From Octopus vulgaris (taxonomy: Eukaryota), in contig OX597819.1 in NCBI GenBank assembly GCA_951406725.2, positions 54,932,001 through 54,996,000 of the forward strand: a stretch of DNA of 64,000 nt. The letters run 5' to 3'. Below, one piece after another: positions 1 to 12,245 of the stretch; the first letter of the stretch is position 1, and every line of letters begins with the position of its first letter. Below the pieces are notes generated by a model that was not told the origin of the DNA, searched no databases, and saw only the letters and a program-made list of their open reading frames with translations. A program made the position numbers and the translations under genes.

Positions 1-1104
1 CATAAATAAATAGGCAGATATTTTGTACTACAACACTGAGTCAACCAATACTGTTTGAGTACTATTTAGATTCGGTAAATGAAAGTTGTATGGAAGCCCA
101 TCTGATATATATATATATATATATATATAGTGTGGATGCCTGTATGTCTATGAATATTTGCACTTGACATAGAATGTGCTGAACCTCATGAATGGTGATG
201 TCTGTTGGCATTTCCTCTCAAATAATCAGCCAGCTTTGTTATTTTGAAGAAGGACAATGAGAAAACCCTCACCTGAAAAGCAGTTATGTGCTAGCAACAT
301 GAAGGGCATCTAGCTATAAAACAATACTTCAATAGTATGTATTCATCTAACCCATGCTATGGAAAAATGGACATAATGAATGATACAGCAGGTTTCCACA
401 AAATTTACGCCTACCAAATTCCCGCTCACAAGGGATTAGTCAGCACAAGACCATGGTAGGAAATGCTTGTCTTAGACTGTGTAGGGAGACTGAATCAGGA
501 ACCACACAAATGCCAAGCAAAGCTTTTTAGAATTAAGGAGGGTTCTAAGAAATGTCTAAATATTGAAAGCAGTGGTTTGTTTGTATGTGTAGCAATTGTC
601 ACTTCAATAATCAGATTGTGGTAGTGTTGTCTTTGAGTCACTGTTATGATTCATTGATTTGATACAAAAACAGGTCATGTATTGAGAGAGAGAGATTAAT
701 GATAAAAGCTTTTGGAGGAGAAGACGACACATAGCTGTGAACAACCTTGCATATTTGATGTTAAACCAATAAAAATGATTAAAAGTTTGTGTTTGTACCA
801 GAATGTGGTACTGTAGATGATGTGTACTTGGCATAGAATCGACAGCTTTGCTTTTTATTGACTGATAAAAAGACTTTCCTACAATGTTAGATTTTATGAG
901 GTGGGTAAAGGTGAATGATATGTGAAAACAGTTGAGACCCTGTGAAAATGTATGATCAGAATCAGCATTACATATAGAAGGGATTAAGCCTTCAAGTAGA
1001 TAGATCTATACCAAGCTCCCTTTTTTACCCTTTTTCCTTATGGCCTTTTATAAACATTGATCGGTTTCTGAATTGGTCGGTAGGTGCTTGTGTAATATTA
1101 CCAT

Positions 1105-1495
1105 TTTACTCTTTTACTTGTTTCAGTCATTTGACTGTGGCCATGCTGGAGCACCACCTTTAGTCAAGCAATTCAATCCCAGGACTTATTCTTTGTAAGC
1201 CTAGTACTTATTCTATCATTCTCTTTTGTTGAACCGCTAAGCTACAGGGACGTAGGCACACCATCAGTTGTCAAGCGATGTTGGGGGGACAAACACAGAT
1301 ACGCAAACATATACACATACATACATATATACAACAGGCTTCTTTCAGTTCCCGTCTACCAAATTCACTCACAAGGCTTTGGTCGGCATGAGGCTATAGT
1401 AGAAGACACTTGCCCAAGGTGGCATGCAGTGGGACTGAACTTGGAACCATGTGGTTGGTAAGCAAGCTACTTACCACACAACCACTCCTACACCT
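1105..1495 (-). mobile_element. tRNA-derived SINE family A, near full length
   Basis: Reverse complement of the ggcgcaggagtggctgtgtggtaag...ggttcagtccc...ccttgggcaagtgtctt...(microsatellite)...gactgaaacaagtaaaagag consensus that recurs over 15 times in the window. Confidence 0.9.
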
Positions 1496-2218
1496 ATTTT
1501 GTCCACATCTTAGAATTAACTAAAAAAAAACAATGAAGAAATTTGCCATCCAAAAGAATTAGCTTGAGTTAGGGATTGGTCTGAAGATAAACAACAGAAA
1601 TTATGTTTGCAAGGACATTATGTAAATCCTAGTGAAATCCCAGAAAAGGCTTTATTTAATATATATGGAAGAAATAACTGATTAACTGAAAGTTGCTTAC
1701 CAACACACACACCAGCTACTGGATCACATATATGTACTTATCTCTTCACTCTATTTTATAGTGTTTCGTGCCATCTCTACTTAGGCTCTCCAGAATCCTT
1801 CTTATCATATTCTGTCTTCTCATCCAAGTTTTTGCACAAATCACTGCACCTAATCTTTTTGTTCCAGTATACTAATCTTTGTGGTATTCCATACTTGCCT
1901 ATATTTTACGTGCAGCTGTTCAAGAGGCACATTAAATGTGTTAATCTTGTCAGTCTCGGAGGTCCTGTTATGGCTGTGACACTCTTGCTGAGCAAACCAT
2001 TCAAAAATAATGCACACCCTTATTTAATAGGGGCTGCATGAACAGCGTGATTCAGATTAACAACTGTGATTTATAGGCTCAAGCAACAGTTTGAATATCT
2101 GATACGAGTTCCTATTTACAGATAGGCTCATTCAGTTTTCCAATGTAGTTGGTGATAAGAATAGTCAAGGGGTAATATGGTGGTCACTAGTAAGAAGTAA
2201 ATTAACAAAATTTATACA

Positions 2219-2385
2219 AGGCGCAGGAGTGGCTGTGTAGTAAGTAGCTTGCTAACCAACCACATGGTTCTGGGTTCAGTCCCACTGCGTGCCATCTTGG
2301 GCAAGTGTCTTCTGCTATAGCCCCGGGCCGACCAATGTCTTGTGAGTGGATTTGGTCGACGGAAACTGAAAGAAGCTGTTGTATA
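2219..2385 (+). mobile_element. SINE family A, 5' half
   Basis: tRNA-like head with A-box and B-box-like motifs, stops at the central TA tract. Confidence 0.85.
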
Positions 2386-2529
2386 TATGCTGTTAAGCCG
2401 AACGAGATAAGGTGTTATGGAACGCTATTTTTGAGAACGGCAAAGTAGCAACAGAAAATGCCGTCTACACTTCAAGGACGCCAGGCCAGAAAGGCAGTAG
2501 CAGAGCTACATATATATATATATATATAT

Positions 2530-3064
2530 ATAATGGCCCCCATCTAATGGACAGTGCTGAGTTGTCAAACGTTTAAACCAAATTTTCTCAAAACAACTTG
2601 TCCGACCATCCCATAGGCCTCCCCTTTGAGAAACACTGATTTAACCTAAATTTGAGACTCCAGCAAAAGAAGAAATAAAGATAGACTTTTTTCTATTCCA
2701 AAGAAAATCGATTTTCTTCACACAAAAACGCAACCGAAGAGTTTAAAGTACCAGTAATGATAAGGCTGTTGACTGTGAGAACACAAACATGGTTTAAACA
2801 GTAAGTTTGGCAGGAAAGAAACGTGCCTTTAAGCAGTACAAAAACAACAAAAAATGGAAGGTACTGTTATGTACAGGTTAACGGAAGAAAAGCAGGACAA
2901 AAATGGCTTTATTGATCACATTCTCACTTGGAATCGATTTTTGTAATTTTTTCAAGACTTATACACGCCCAGATACCGTCGGTATCTACATATCAAATTT
3001 GAGCGCAATCGGATGGAGGATGCCCGAGATCTGAGAAGACACACAGACAGGATTTTATATTAGA
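2530..3064 (-). mobile_element. Probable non-autonomous Helitron-like fragment
   Basis: Minus-strand start A|TCTAATATAAAATCCTGTCTGTGTG, laid out like the 5' end of the element at 58477-58862. No 3' CTAG hairpin found. Confidence 0.4.
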
Positions 3065-3187
3065 TATATATATATATATATATATATATTGATAGAAAGA
3101 CAACAAAAGAATGAAAGAGACCTCGATATTATGTAAATAGAGGAATTTATCTGTAAATGTAATATGTGAAAATTATTTGGTAGCCAT

Positions 3188-3248
3188 GATAAAACTCCGA
3201 GTTTCAGATGTCGGGGCAGAAAACCAAGCTGCCATCTCTTCAGTTATC
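3188..3248 (-). ncRNA. Type I hammerhead ribozyme motif (Penelope/retrozyme type)
   Basis: Minus strand reads GAUAA-CUGAAGA-GAUG...CAUC-U-GAAA-CUCGGAG-UU-UUAUC: stem I, both catalytic boxes, stem II, near-palindromic stem III and a GUU cleavage triplet. Confidence 0.75.
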
Positions 3249-6200
3249 GGGCCATTGGAAAAATAATAGTTATAAGCTTTAAACTTTCAGCATGTATTGG
3301 CTAAAGAAAATTGACTAATATTGAGGTGTAAGGGCATTTCTTCATTCATTGTTGCTTCATTTAATGCATATATATATATATATATATATATAAACATTTT
3401 TACGTGCTAAATAAGTATAATTGTTTAGCACTAGGTCAGCCTTGATTAAGGAGACCTGTGATGAAAGATGTTCCATCTAATGACCATCCCATTTTTTTTT
3501 TCCTTGATATTCAGCACTGGTAAAAGATGGTGAGGATCTCTTAGACTTCCTTGTAGGGGACAATGTATTTCATACCAGTGACATGACAAATTGTACCAAG
3601 TAGGAGAAAGAGCATCTTTTCAGAAAATTTGCCAATAATGGGATATATGAATGAAACATGGATTCTACAAGCCACATTACAAGCTACTTATCAAGTAGGG
3701 CACCATTAATTCTTCTCATATTTGACAAACTTTCTAGTGCTGATAGCATGATAAAACACTGGTTCACACTGTAAGACATATACAGCACTAAAGTTGGTGG
3801 CTGGCTTTTTGTTGTGTGAGCCAGACGATGAGGACTCATCCAACCCATGCCAGCATAGAAAAACATATTATGATGGTAAAGACTTAATATCGTTATGTGT
3901 ACCATCTTTTTTAAAGATGGGACAGTGTGTGATTTGAAAGAGATTTGACAATTTTTCTAGCAGATTAGCAACCAGATATATCCCCTGCTTTTTAGCTCAG
4001 AACCAGGTAGATGGCTATCTTAACATGAATGTATTAGAAATATTTACAATATGTTGTTGGGTGTAAAAGGTGACATAAGTTGACTGAAGAGGTTTAGTAG
4101 CTATAGGCCAGGAAATTCTTGCATACACATACCCCTCTCCATACATAAATGCAACTGTTTTAGATCATCAAATATTAGGACTCGTGGTTGAGAAGGTACA
4201 AAAAAATAAAACAGCAAAAAACAGAATGTTATATAAGGCACTTCACTACTGCCAGAATCAAAACAAATGTTAAAACTGACAATTCTAAGCCTTTAATCAC
4301 AATGTCAATTTACTATGTTGAATGTATACCCCTAAAAATTCTCAGGAAATTTTCTTTTGCCTCTGATTCTTTAAGTCTTTCTTATTCTGTGATGATGGCA
4401 GTTCACCAACCAAACTTGGTTGCTTACATTATGTTCAATCAGTGATGATGATGATGATGACTTCCTCTTCCTTTCTATTACTCTTCATCAAATGTTTATT
4501 TTTACAGATGTGTTGATTTTTTTTTCTTTTGCCTCTTCTGTGACTGCTAAATGTTGATTTAACATTTTCTACATTTCCATTGCTAAAAGGACTGGAGTAT
4601 TTTTAGTTCCTGCTCTGATTTGCTAGAAAAATGCATAAATCTTTATTCTAACTGTTTTTCTTAATTAAGATTCCTTCAAGGTATCCTCATTTATTAGTCA
4701 TATATGCATTAAAAAAGTAAGTGCCCATTGATATAAGGGGTTTTTTTCTCTCTTTTCTTGCTAAGAGAAACTATTAATTTTCAATGGCATTTTACCAAAT
4801 TCTTTCAATGTTTCTTATATTTTAGGTGCTCAGGGGTATTTATTTATTTCAAGGGACTTTGCTTAATCTACACAAGATAGCAGATTTCTCATTATTATCA
4901 TCATCATTGTTTAACATCTGTTTTCAATGCTAGCACAGGCTTGGAGGATTTGACAGGAACTGGCAAGCCTGAGCACTGCCAAGCTCTATTGTCTGCTTTG
5001 GCATGGCTTTTTACAGCTGGATGCCCTTCCTAACACCAACTACTTTACAGAGTGTACTGTACTGAGTACTTTTTATGTGGCACCAGCAGGGTCACCAAGT
5101 AGCTTGTAAGGCAAAGACCCTTGACTTGTAGGAGGAAATAGTATATATTATATATTTAAAAATACCTTAGAATTTGTTTTCAAACTGCTTGTCCATTCCT
5201 TTTTTTATATTACGATAGCACACAAATGTATTCCGACAGATGGAGTGTGCTGAGGCATATCCTACAGCCAGATACTGAAGGACACCAGCTGGAGAATATT
5301 CCTCAGGACACTTCATTTGATCATTCCAAGCATGAAAAAGTGGACATTAAATGATGATATTCTTCCTTGTCAATATTATTTATTAACCACTGATAAAGTT
5401 TTTAGATCTCCAAAGCTTTCCTATTAAATTACATCCTTAACATTTGACCCATGAGAATTAAGTTTTCTTGGTGTCATGCCTTTAATCCTAAATTCTAGAA
5501 GGGTAATGGTACAATTTTAATGATTATATTGAGCAGGCTTATGGTTTAGGAGCTTGCCTCCCAATCACATGGTTCTGAGTTCAGTCCCACTACATGGCAC
5601 CTTATGAGTGGATTTAGTGGATGGAAAATTAAAGAAACCTGTCGTATGTGTTTGTCCTTGCTTTGATATTACATGATAGTTGTAAATGAGTGTGACTGTG
5701 TCTGGCCATGAAAAAATATTACCTTATTTGGAAGTAGGTGATGATTCACAACATGAAGGGCATCTGAGTGCAGATACTGGTATCTGGTGCAATGGTGGTA
5801 GATGATACAATAATGTTCAAAGCCTCATGTATAAGATTTAATAGTGAAGTACTAGCAGAGCTAACAACCTAAAAGCAACAAATCTTTTTCATTACTGGTT
5901 TCAATTTGTCAGTTATTTCCTTCTTAACTCAGGATTGATCTTATTCCTGGTAGAATTTATGTGGGTAACGAGTTACTCCATGTAATCTTAGATCTCCACA
6001 CAGTTTCAATAAGCCATCAAGTCCTCAAAACCCTTCTGATGATCTTCCCTATTCCTAAAAGGCAAACCTTCTGCAGAAGTTTTACTGGACATTCCACTCC
6101 AATTGTCTTTATTCATTTGTCTATTTCATCACTCACAATCCTTAATTATCACTCATATAATCTTTACAGATTTCATGTTCCAAATCCTTCACAATCTGAA

Positions 6201-6281
6201 ATTTTAATGGGTTGTAGTTTATCAATTTTTCATCTGTTTTCATCTTTCCTCCTAACCTTAGTATTAAATAGATATGATAAA

Positions 6282-7150
6282 TCAATCAGCCTGAAAATTT
6301 GATTTTCCTTGTTTATTATTACTGTAAATATTTGGCTTGCTATGTTCCAGTTTTTTATCCATTTGACTGGGAAAACCCCACAAGATCTTGTCCCTGAATG
6401 GATAAGTACCAGTTAAGCACTGGGGTTCCCCTAAAAATATTTCAGGCTTTGTGCCTATAGTAGAAAGAATTATTATGATTATTATCGTCATTAAGGTGGT
6501 GAGCTGGCAGAATTGTTAGTATGCCAGACAAAATGCTTAGCATTTCGTTCATCTTAAAGACATCCTGAGTTCAAATTCCGCTGAGGTTGACTTTGCCTTT
6601 CATCCTTTCAGGGTTGATAAAACTAAGTACCAGTTGAGTACTGGGGTTGATGTAATTGACTAGTTCCCTCCCCCATATTTTCAGGCCTTGTGCCTATAGT
6701 AGAAAGGATTATTATTATTATCCTTATGTTGGTGTGCTGGCAGAATTGTTAGCACACCAGCAAAATACTTTGCTGCATTTTGTCCATCTTTACATTCTGA
6801 GTTCAAATTTCACTGAGGTCGACTTCGCCTTTCATCTTTTCAGGTTCGATAATTAAGAACCTGTTGAACACTGGGGTTGATGTATTCAACTAGTTCCCTC
6901 CCACAAAATTTCAGGCTTTGAGCCTTTAATAGAAAGGATTATCATTATTATTGCAGCAAGCTGGCAGACAAGATGCTTAGCAGCATTTCTTGTGGCTCTT
7001 TATGTGCTGAGTTCAAATCCTGTTGAGGTCTGCTTTGTCTTTCATCCTTTCGAGGAAGCTAAAGTTAAAGTACCAGTCAAGAATTGGGATTAATGCAATT
7101 GACTAATTCCCACCCTACTAAGATTACTGACCTTGTGCCAAATTTCAAAC
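6282..7150. mobile_element. Cluster of tRNA-derived SINE family B (one partial minus copy, three plus copies)
   Basis: Repeated gagctggcagaattgttagc...gagttcaaattcc...gactttgcctttcatcctttc...aagtaccag units of about 220 bp separated by (ATT)n. Confidence 0.9.
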
Positions 7151-7304
7151 AATCATCATCATCATCATCCAATGGTATAGTTCTTTCAATAAATGTTTCA
7201 ACTAACATTTTAAGTATTTCAGGTTAAATATGCTAGTTAATCCGCCAAATAAACATGTCTCCTTGTAATTTTCAGTTTCAACTTTTTCAAACTTTTTATT
7301 TATT

Positions 7305-7668
7305 ATTATTACCTTTGCCTTAGCAAAGGCGGAGGTATTGTTTTCAGTCATGATTGTTTGTCCGTGGACAAGATATCTCAAGCACCGCTGGATAGATTCG
7401 GATGAAACTTTCAGGGATGTTTGGCCTTTGACTGGCATGAACTGATTAGATTTTGGGATCAATCCAGTTCCAGACAAGGATTCTGAATTATTTTTCCTGT
7501 TTTTTTACTTAATTTTTGAGAGCAGCCGAATTCATTTTTAGTATTCTCATTTGTGAAAGCAGTCAAGTTTATTTCAGATATTCTCCTTTTGAAAAATCAT
7601 CTCTGGCTAATCATTGAGAGGACGTTGGTGTTGCCTTGGCGGAGGTTTGCGCTCTCTGAGTGCTCTTA
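7305..7668 (+). mobile_element. Non-autonomous Helentron-associated (HINE/DINE-1-like) element
   Basis: 5' acctttgcct...aggcggaggt inverted pair, 3' subterminal ggcggaggt (7638-7646) and terminal hairpin gcgctc-tct-gagtgc, in T-rich flanks. Confidence 0.65.
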
Positions 7669-7898
7669 TAATTATTATTTTTTACTGTTTTAAGCCTGCA
7701 TGATAATGGATCAGAAAGTTAGTTTTATAGTCTCTTCATAATTTTATTGATTTAATTTTTCTATAAATTTCTTTGTGATAATAATTTATTTCTTGTAAAT
7801 TGGATGGTTTAGAGAGTGGTTCAATTTTATTTATTAATTGTAAATTTTCTGTTTTATTTTATTTTATTTATTTAAAAAAATTTTTTCTTATTTTTTAG

Positions 7899-8058
7899 GT
7901 GTTGATGTATCAGCCAACCAAGAAGAAGTGACAGACCGGGAGACATTCCAACTAGAGTTTGATAAGAATTCCAAGAAATGGGCTATTAGAACTGTGGACA
8001 ATACTTACTGGGCAGTTGCATCTGGTACTTCTGGTATCCAAGCAACATCTAAAGATAT
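7899..8058 (+). CDS. sn: Fascin (singed/FSCN-like actin-bundling protein), internal coding exon
   Basis: Polypyrimidine tract and tag acceptor, gtaagt donor. Translates (G)VDVSANQEEVTDRETFQLEFDKNSKKWAIRTVDNTYWAVASGTSGIQATSKD(I), matching the fascin motif GxDxSANQ..ETFQLE. 160 nt, phase 1 in and phase 2 out, in frame with the next exon. Confidence 0.96.
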
Positions 8059-8344
8059 GTAAGTCCAAAAGACTTTTCAAAGAATTTTTATAAAGCTGCC
8101 ATAGCTGATATTTGGAAAACCCATTTCAAACCATGAACCATTTCAGTAGGGTTGTAATATATATCAGCTATAGTGCTACTGTTGTTGTTGTTGTTAAGTT
8201 TCAGGTCAATCTGACTGAGAAGCCCTTTCATTCTTAAAACATCTAAAGTCTATATTGACATGTGAAGAAAATTTGTTAGTAAATATTACATGGTATTACT
8301 ATATGAACGTACCAGTTTTCGACTTACACTGATATTAATATATA

Positions 8345-8875
8345 TATGAAGCTAGTATGCTTTGCTGGATGTGCAATGTCAGTGTGGATGTATGACAGAA
8401 TGTAAGGGTCTTGAGAGAAAAGTTGGGCATAAGCGGCATCAAATGTGTGCAAGAGCGACGACTGTGCTGGAATGGTCATATGATACGTATGGACAAGGAC
8501 AGCTGTGTAAAGAAGTGTTGGAGGGAACCTGTGGAAGAGGTAGATGCAAGAAGACATGGGACGTGGTAGTGAAGCATGATCTTTGAATGCTGGGCCTCAC
8601 AGAGGTGGTAAGTGACTGAGACCTTTGGTAAATATGCTGTGCTTGAGAAAACTTGTCAAGCCAAGTGAAAGTGTACTTGTGGCCGTAACTGGCACATAAG
8701 AAGGACCCAGTACACTGTGTGGAGTGTGGTTGGTGTTAGGAAGGGCATCCAGCTGTAGAAACCATGCCAAATCAGATTGGAACCTAATGTAGCCCTGCAA
8801 CTTCCCAGTTTCAGTCAAACCACCTAACCCATGCCAGAATGGAAAGCAAATGCTAAATCATGATGATGATGATGA
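8345..8875 (+). mobile_element. RTE-clade LINE 3' fragment (degenerate ORF C-terminus, 3' UTR and (TGA)n tail)
   Basis: EASMLCWMCNVSV..LREKLGI..ERRLCWNGHMIRM.. then frameshift to EGTCGRGRCKKTW..VKHDL, the typical RTE RLxWxGHV and GRGRPxKTW motifs, followed by aggaagggcatccagctgtag...aacccatgccag...(tga)n. Confidence 0.8.
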
Positions 8876-9149
8876 CATGTATTATAGGCAGAGGCATGGT
8901 TATGCGCTAAGAAGTTTGCTTTCCAATCACATGTTAAGTCCCACTGCTTGGCACTTTGGGCTAGTGTCTTGTATTTTAACCCTGGGTTGACCAAAGCCTT
9001 ATGAGTGGATTTGGTAGATGGAAACAAACTAAAAGAAGCCTTTGATGTGTGTGTGTGTGTGTTTGTTGTAGTCTGTGTTCCGATCTCAAATACATCCTTA
9101 TCTCCTCCAACCCATGCTAGCATGGAAAAAAGGAAATTTAACAAATGTT

Positions 9150-9188
<39 letters not shown>

Positions 9189-10061
9189 TGATTTGTGTAA
9201 ATTTAGACCCTTATTACTATTAAAACATCTCATTTCCTCTATATGGATTAAGATATGCAGAAAAGTTCTTGTAATAATTTATATTCAACACAAGCTCACC
9301 TTACACTTGTTTTTGAACATAAATTCTGACACACATGTGCCTTAGATGGTAGCTATGTGTGTGTGTGTATGTATATATATATATATTGAATCACTAATTG
9401 CTTTAGCAGTCTTCAAAACCTGAATTGTTCAACAAGAGCAAAATCCCCAAATCATCTGTTAAACTATTTTCAAAACCATTTTGATCTCGGGGACCACCAA
9501 GCAAAAATTATGAATTAATATTTATGATATGAGCAGGCATGGCTGTGTGATTAAGAAGTTGAATTTCCAACGATTTGGTTTTAGGTTCAGTCCCACTGTG
9601 TGGTACCTTGGGTGGGCCAACCAAAGCCTTGTCATCAAATTTGACACACAGAAACTGAAAGTAGATAATTTGTGTGTGTGTGTGTGTGTGTGTTTCCTTG
9701 GCTTGACATCATGTGATAATTGTAAATGACTGTCATAGTCATATAAGCAAGTGTTTGATACTAGTTTTTCATGAAAGCGGGGGAAATATTTCCTTACTTT
9801 GAAACAGGTGATAGTTAGCAAAATAGAGAGCATCAAGCACTTATTGAAATAAGTGCTATCTGACTTATACTAGTATAGAAAGGTGAACATTAAAATGATG
9901 TTGGGATTCAAAAGAATAAATTATAAGCACAAACCAGGACACATTTTGTCAGGTCTAACCAAGGCATTCTAAATACATGCAGAAAGTTTATATATTAGAA
10001 ACATTGTGAAAGAAAAGACATGAATACATATACATACATATTTGTTGTTGTTATTATTATT

Positions 10062-10385
10062 AGGCGTAGGAGTGGCTGTGTGGTAAGTAGCTGGCTTATG
10101 AACCACATGGTTTCGAGTTCTGTCCCACTGCGTGGCACCTTGGGCAAGTGTCTTCTACTATAGCCTCGGGCTGACCAAAGCCTTGTGAGTGGATTTGGTA
10201 GAGGGAAACTGAAAGCAGCCCGTCGTATATATGTATATATGTTTGTGTGTCTGTTTGAACCCCCAACATCGCTTGACAACCAATGCTGGTGTGTATACGT
10301 TCCCGTAACTTAGCGGTTGAGCAAAAGAGACTGATAGAATAAGTACTAGGCTTACAAAGTATAGGTCCTAGGGTCGATTTCTTTG
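10062..10385 (+). mobile_element. SINE family A
   Basis: Matches family A consensus, then joins an RTE-type tail ending in (tga)n at about 10480. Confidence 0.9.
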
Positions 10386-11339
10386 GAAGCAGATAAGGGT
10401 TGGCAACCGGAAGAACATCCAGCTGTAGAAAATCTGCCTCAAATGAACTCCATCCAACCTATGCATGATGATGATGATGAAAAAGAATTCATATTCCTCT
10501 GTTATCAACCAATGGATATATATATATATATCCATTTTATTGCTAAGATTCCTGAAACGGAACTCAGACAGAACATTGTGTTAATCGTTACATGCTAAAT
10601 TAACTGTCTTGCTTGACTGAGCTGAATAATTAAAGTAATTAATTTTACAGATGTTTGAATTACTAAATGTATTACACATCTAAAGCAGTCTCATCCACTG
10701 AAGAAGGTATCTGTCAACAAAGGTTTTGAGTGTAAGAAATGTTGCATCACTTGGAGAAGTGAAAATGGGGGAAAAAAATAAACAAAAAAAAACCCCTCAA
10801 AATACCAGATCCTGCATCATCAGATCTATCTCTCTAGATCAAGGTTGGGGAAACTTTAGTGCGACGGGCAAAAATTTCCAAAGAAAAAGGTCCGCAGGTG
10901 GATCACAAGTTCTAACTCTTATATCTATGTAAATCTTGTATATATCTATGTATAATTCAAGGTACATTAATAAAGATAAGTTTGAGATATTAAATTAACA
11001 TATAACATCGCCACCACTGAATTTAGGATGTTTACATTACTTATGAAGTATTCTATATTTTTCAGCTAGATTGTAGTTGGGTCTCAAGGGGTTGGTACAA
11101 ACCTAGTAGTATGTGCTTTATAGTGAAAACAAAATTCCCATTCAAATGGTAATTGCTGGATGATTTTCTGTTTGAGTCTAACCATTTTAAGTCATAGTGG
11201 AAACCTGACTTATGTCGCAAATAGGAATATGAATATTGTATAAATTTTATAGTTAAAAAATTTACTATATTTTGTACATATAAGTATACCAGCCTGCAGG
11301 CACAATAAAATGGGCTCCTCTAGATTAATAATAATAATA

Positions 11340-12245
11340 ATAATGATGATATCAAATTTTGGCATAAGGCCAGCAAGTTTGGGGGAGGAGGTAAGTTGAT
11401 TTCATCAACCCCAATGCTCAACTGGTACTGATCTTTTTGACCATGAAAGGTGAAGTTGACCATGGCGGAATTTGAACTCAGAATGTGAAGATGAATGAAA
11501 TGCTGCTAAACATTTCTCCAGATGTGCTAATGATTCTGCTAGCTTGCTGCCTTAATAATAATAATAATAATAATAATGATAAATAATAATAATTCTTTCT
11601 ACTAAAAGCGCAAGGTCTGAAATTTTGGGAGAGGGAACTAGTCAATTACATTGACCCTAGTGTTTCACTGGTACTTAATTTATTGACGATGAAAGGCAAA
11701 GTTGACCTTGGTGGAATTTGAACTCAGAATGTAGCGATGGGTGAAATACCTCTAAGCATTTTGTCCAGCATGTTAACGATTCTGCCAGTTCACCACCTTA
11801 ATAATAATAATAATCCCTTTTACTATAGGCACAAGATCTGAAATTTGTCGTGAAGGTGTCCAGTCAATTACATCAACCCAGTGATCAACTGGTACTCATT
11901 TCATCAACTCTGATATGATGAAAGGCAGTCGACCCTGGCATAATTTGATCTCTGAATGTAGACATGAAGTACCATTGAAAATTTTTTCAGGTGTGCTAAC
12001 AATTCTGCCAGATTGCTGCCTTAATAATCCTTTTTACTATAAGGACAAGGGCCTGAAATTTTGTGGGAGAGAACAAGTCGATTGCATCGACCCCCAGTGT
12101 TTCACTGATACTTATTTTACTGACCACCAAAAGGATGAAAGGCAAAATCAACCTTGGCGGAATTTCAACTCAGAACGTAGTGACGGGTGAAATATCGCTA
12201 AGCATTTCGTCCAGCATGCTAATGATTCTGCTAGCTTACCGCCAT
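11340..12245 (-). mobile_element. Four head-to-tail SINE family B copies separated by (TAA)n
   Basis: Four diverged units of about 210-240 bp, each with ggaatttgaactcagaa-like and actggtact-like cores. A fifth older copy lies at about 12490-12715. Confidence 0.9.

Noticed and set aside
6494-7150. SINE B mobilised by the Dong-like element because both associate with TAA repeats
   Set aside because: SINE B sense-strand tails are (ATT)n rather than (TAA)n, and no shared 3' sequence with the R4/Dong fragment is visible.
10695-10730. CTGANGA hits here and near 1581, 4084, 19335, 46911, 58217 and 62900 as hammerheads
   Set aside because: No stem II followed by GAAA and no stem I pairing.
11340-12245. 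CRISPR-like or satellite array
   Set aside because: Units are diverged SINE copies of over 200 bp found dispersed across the window. There is no repeat-spacer structure and the context is eukaryotic.
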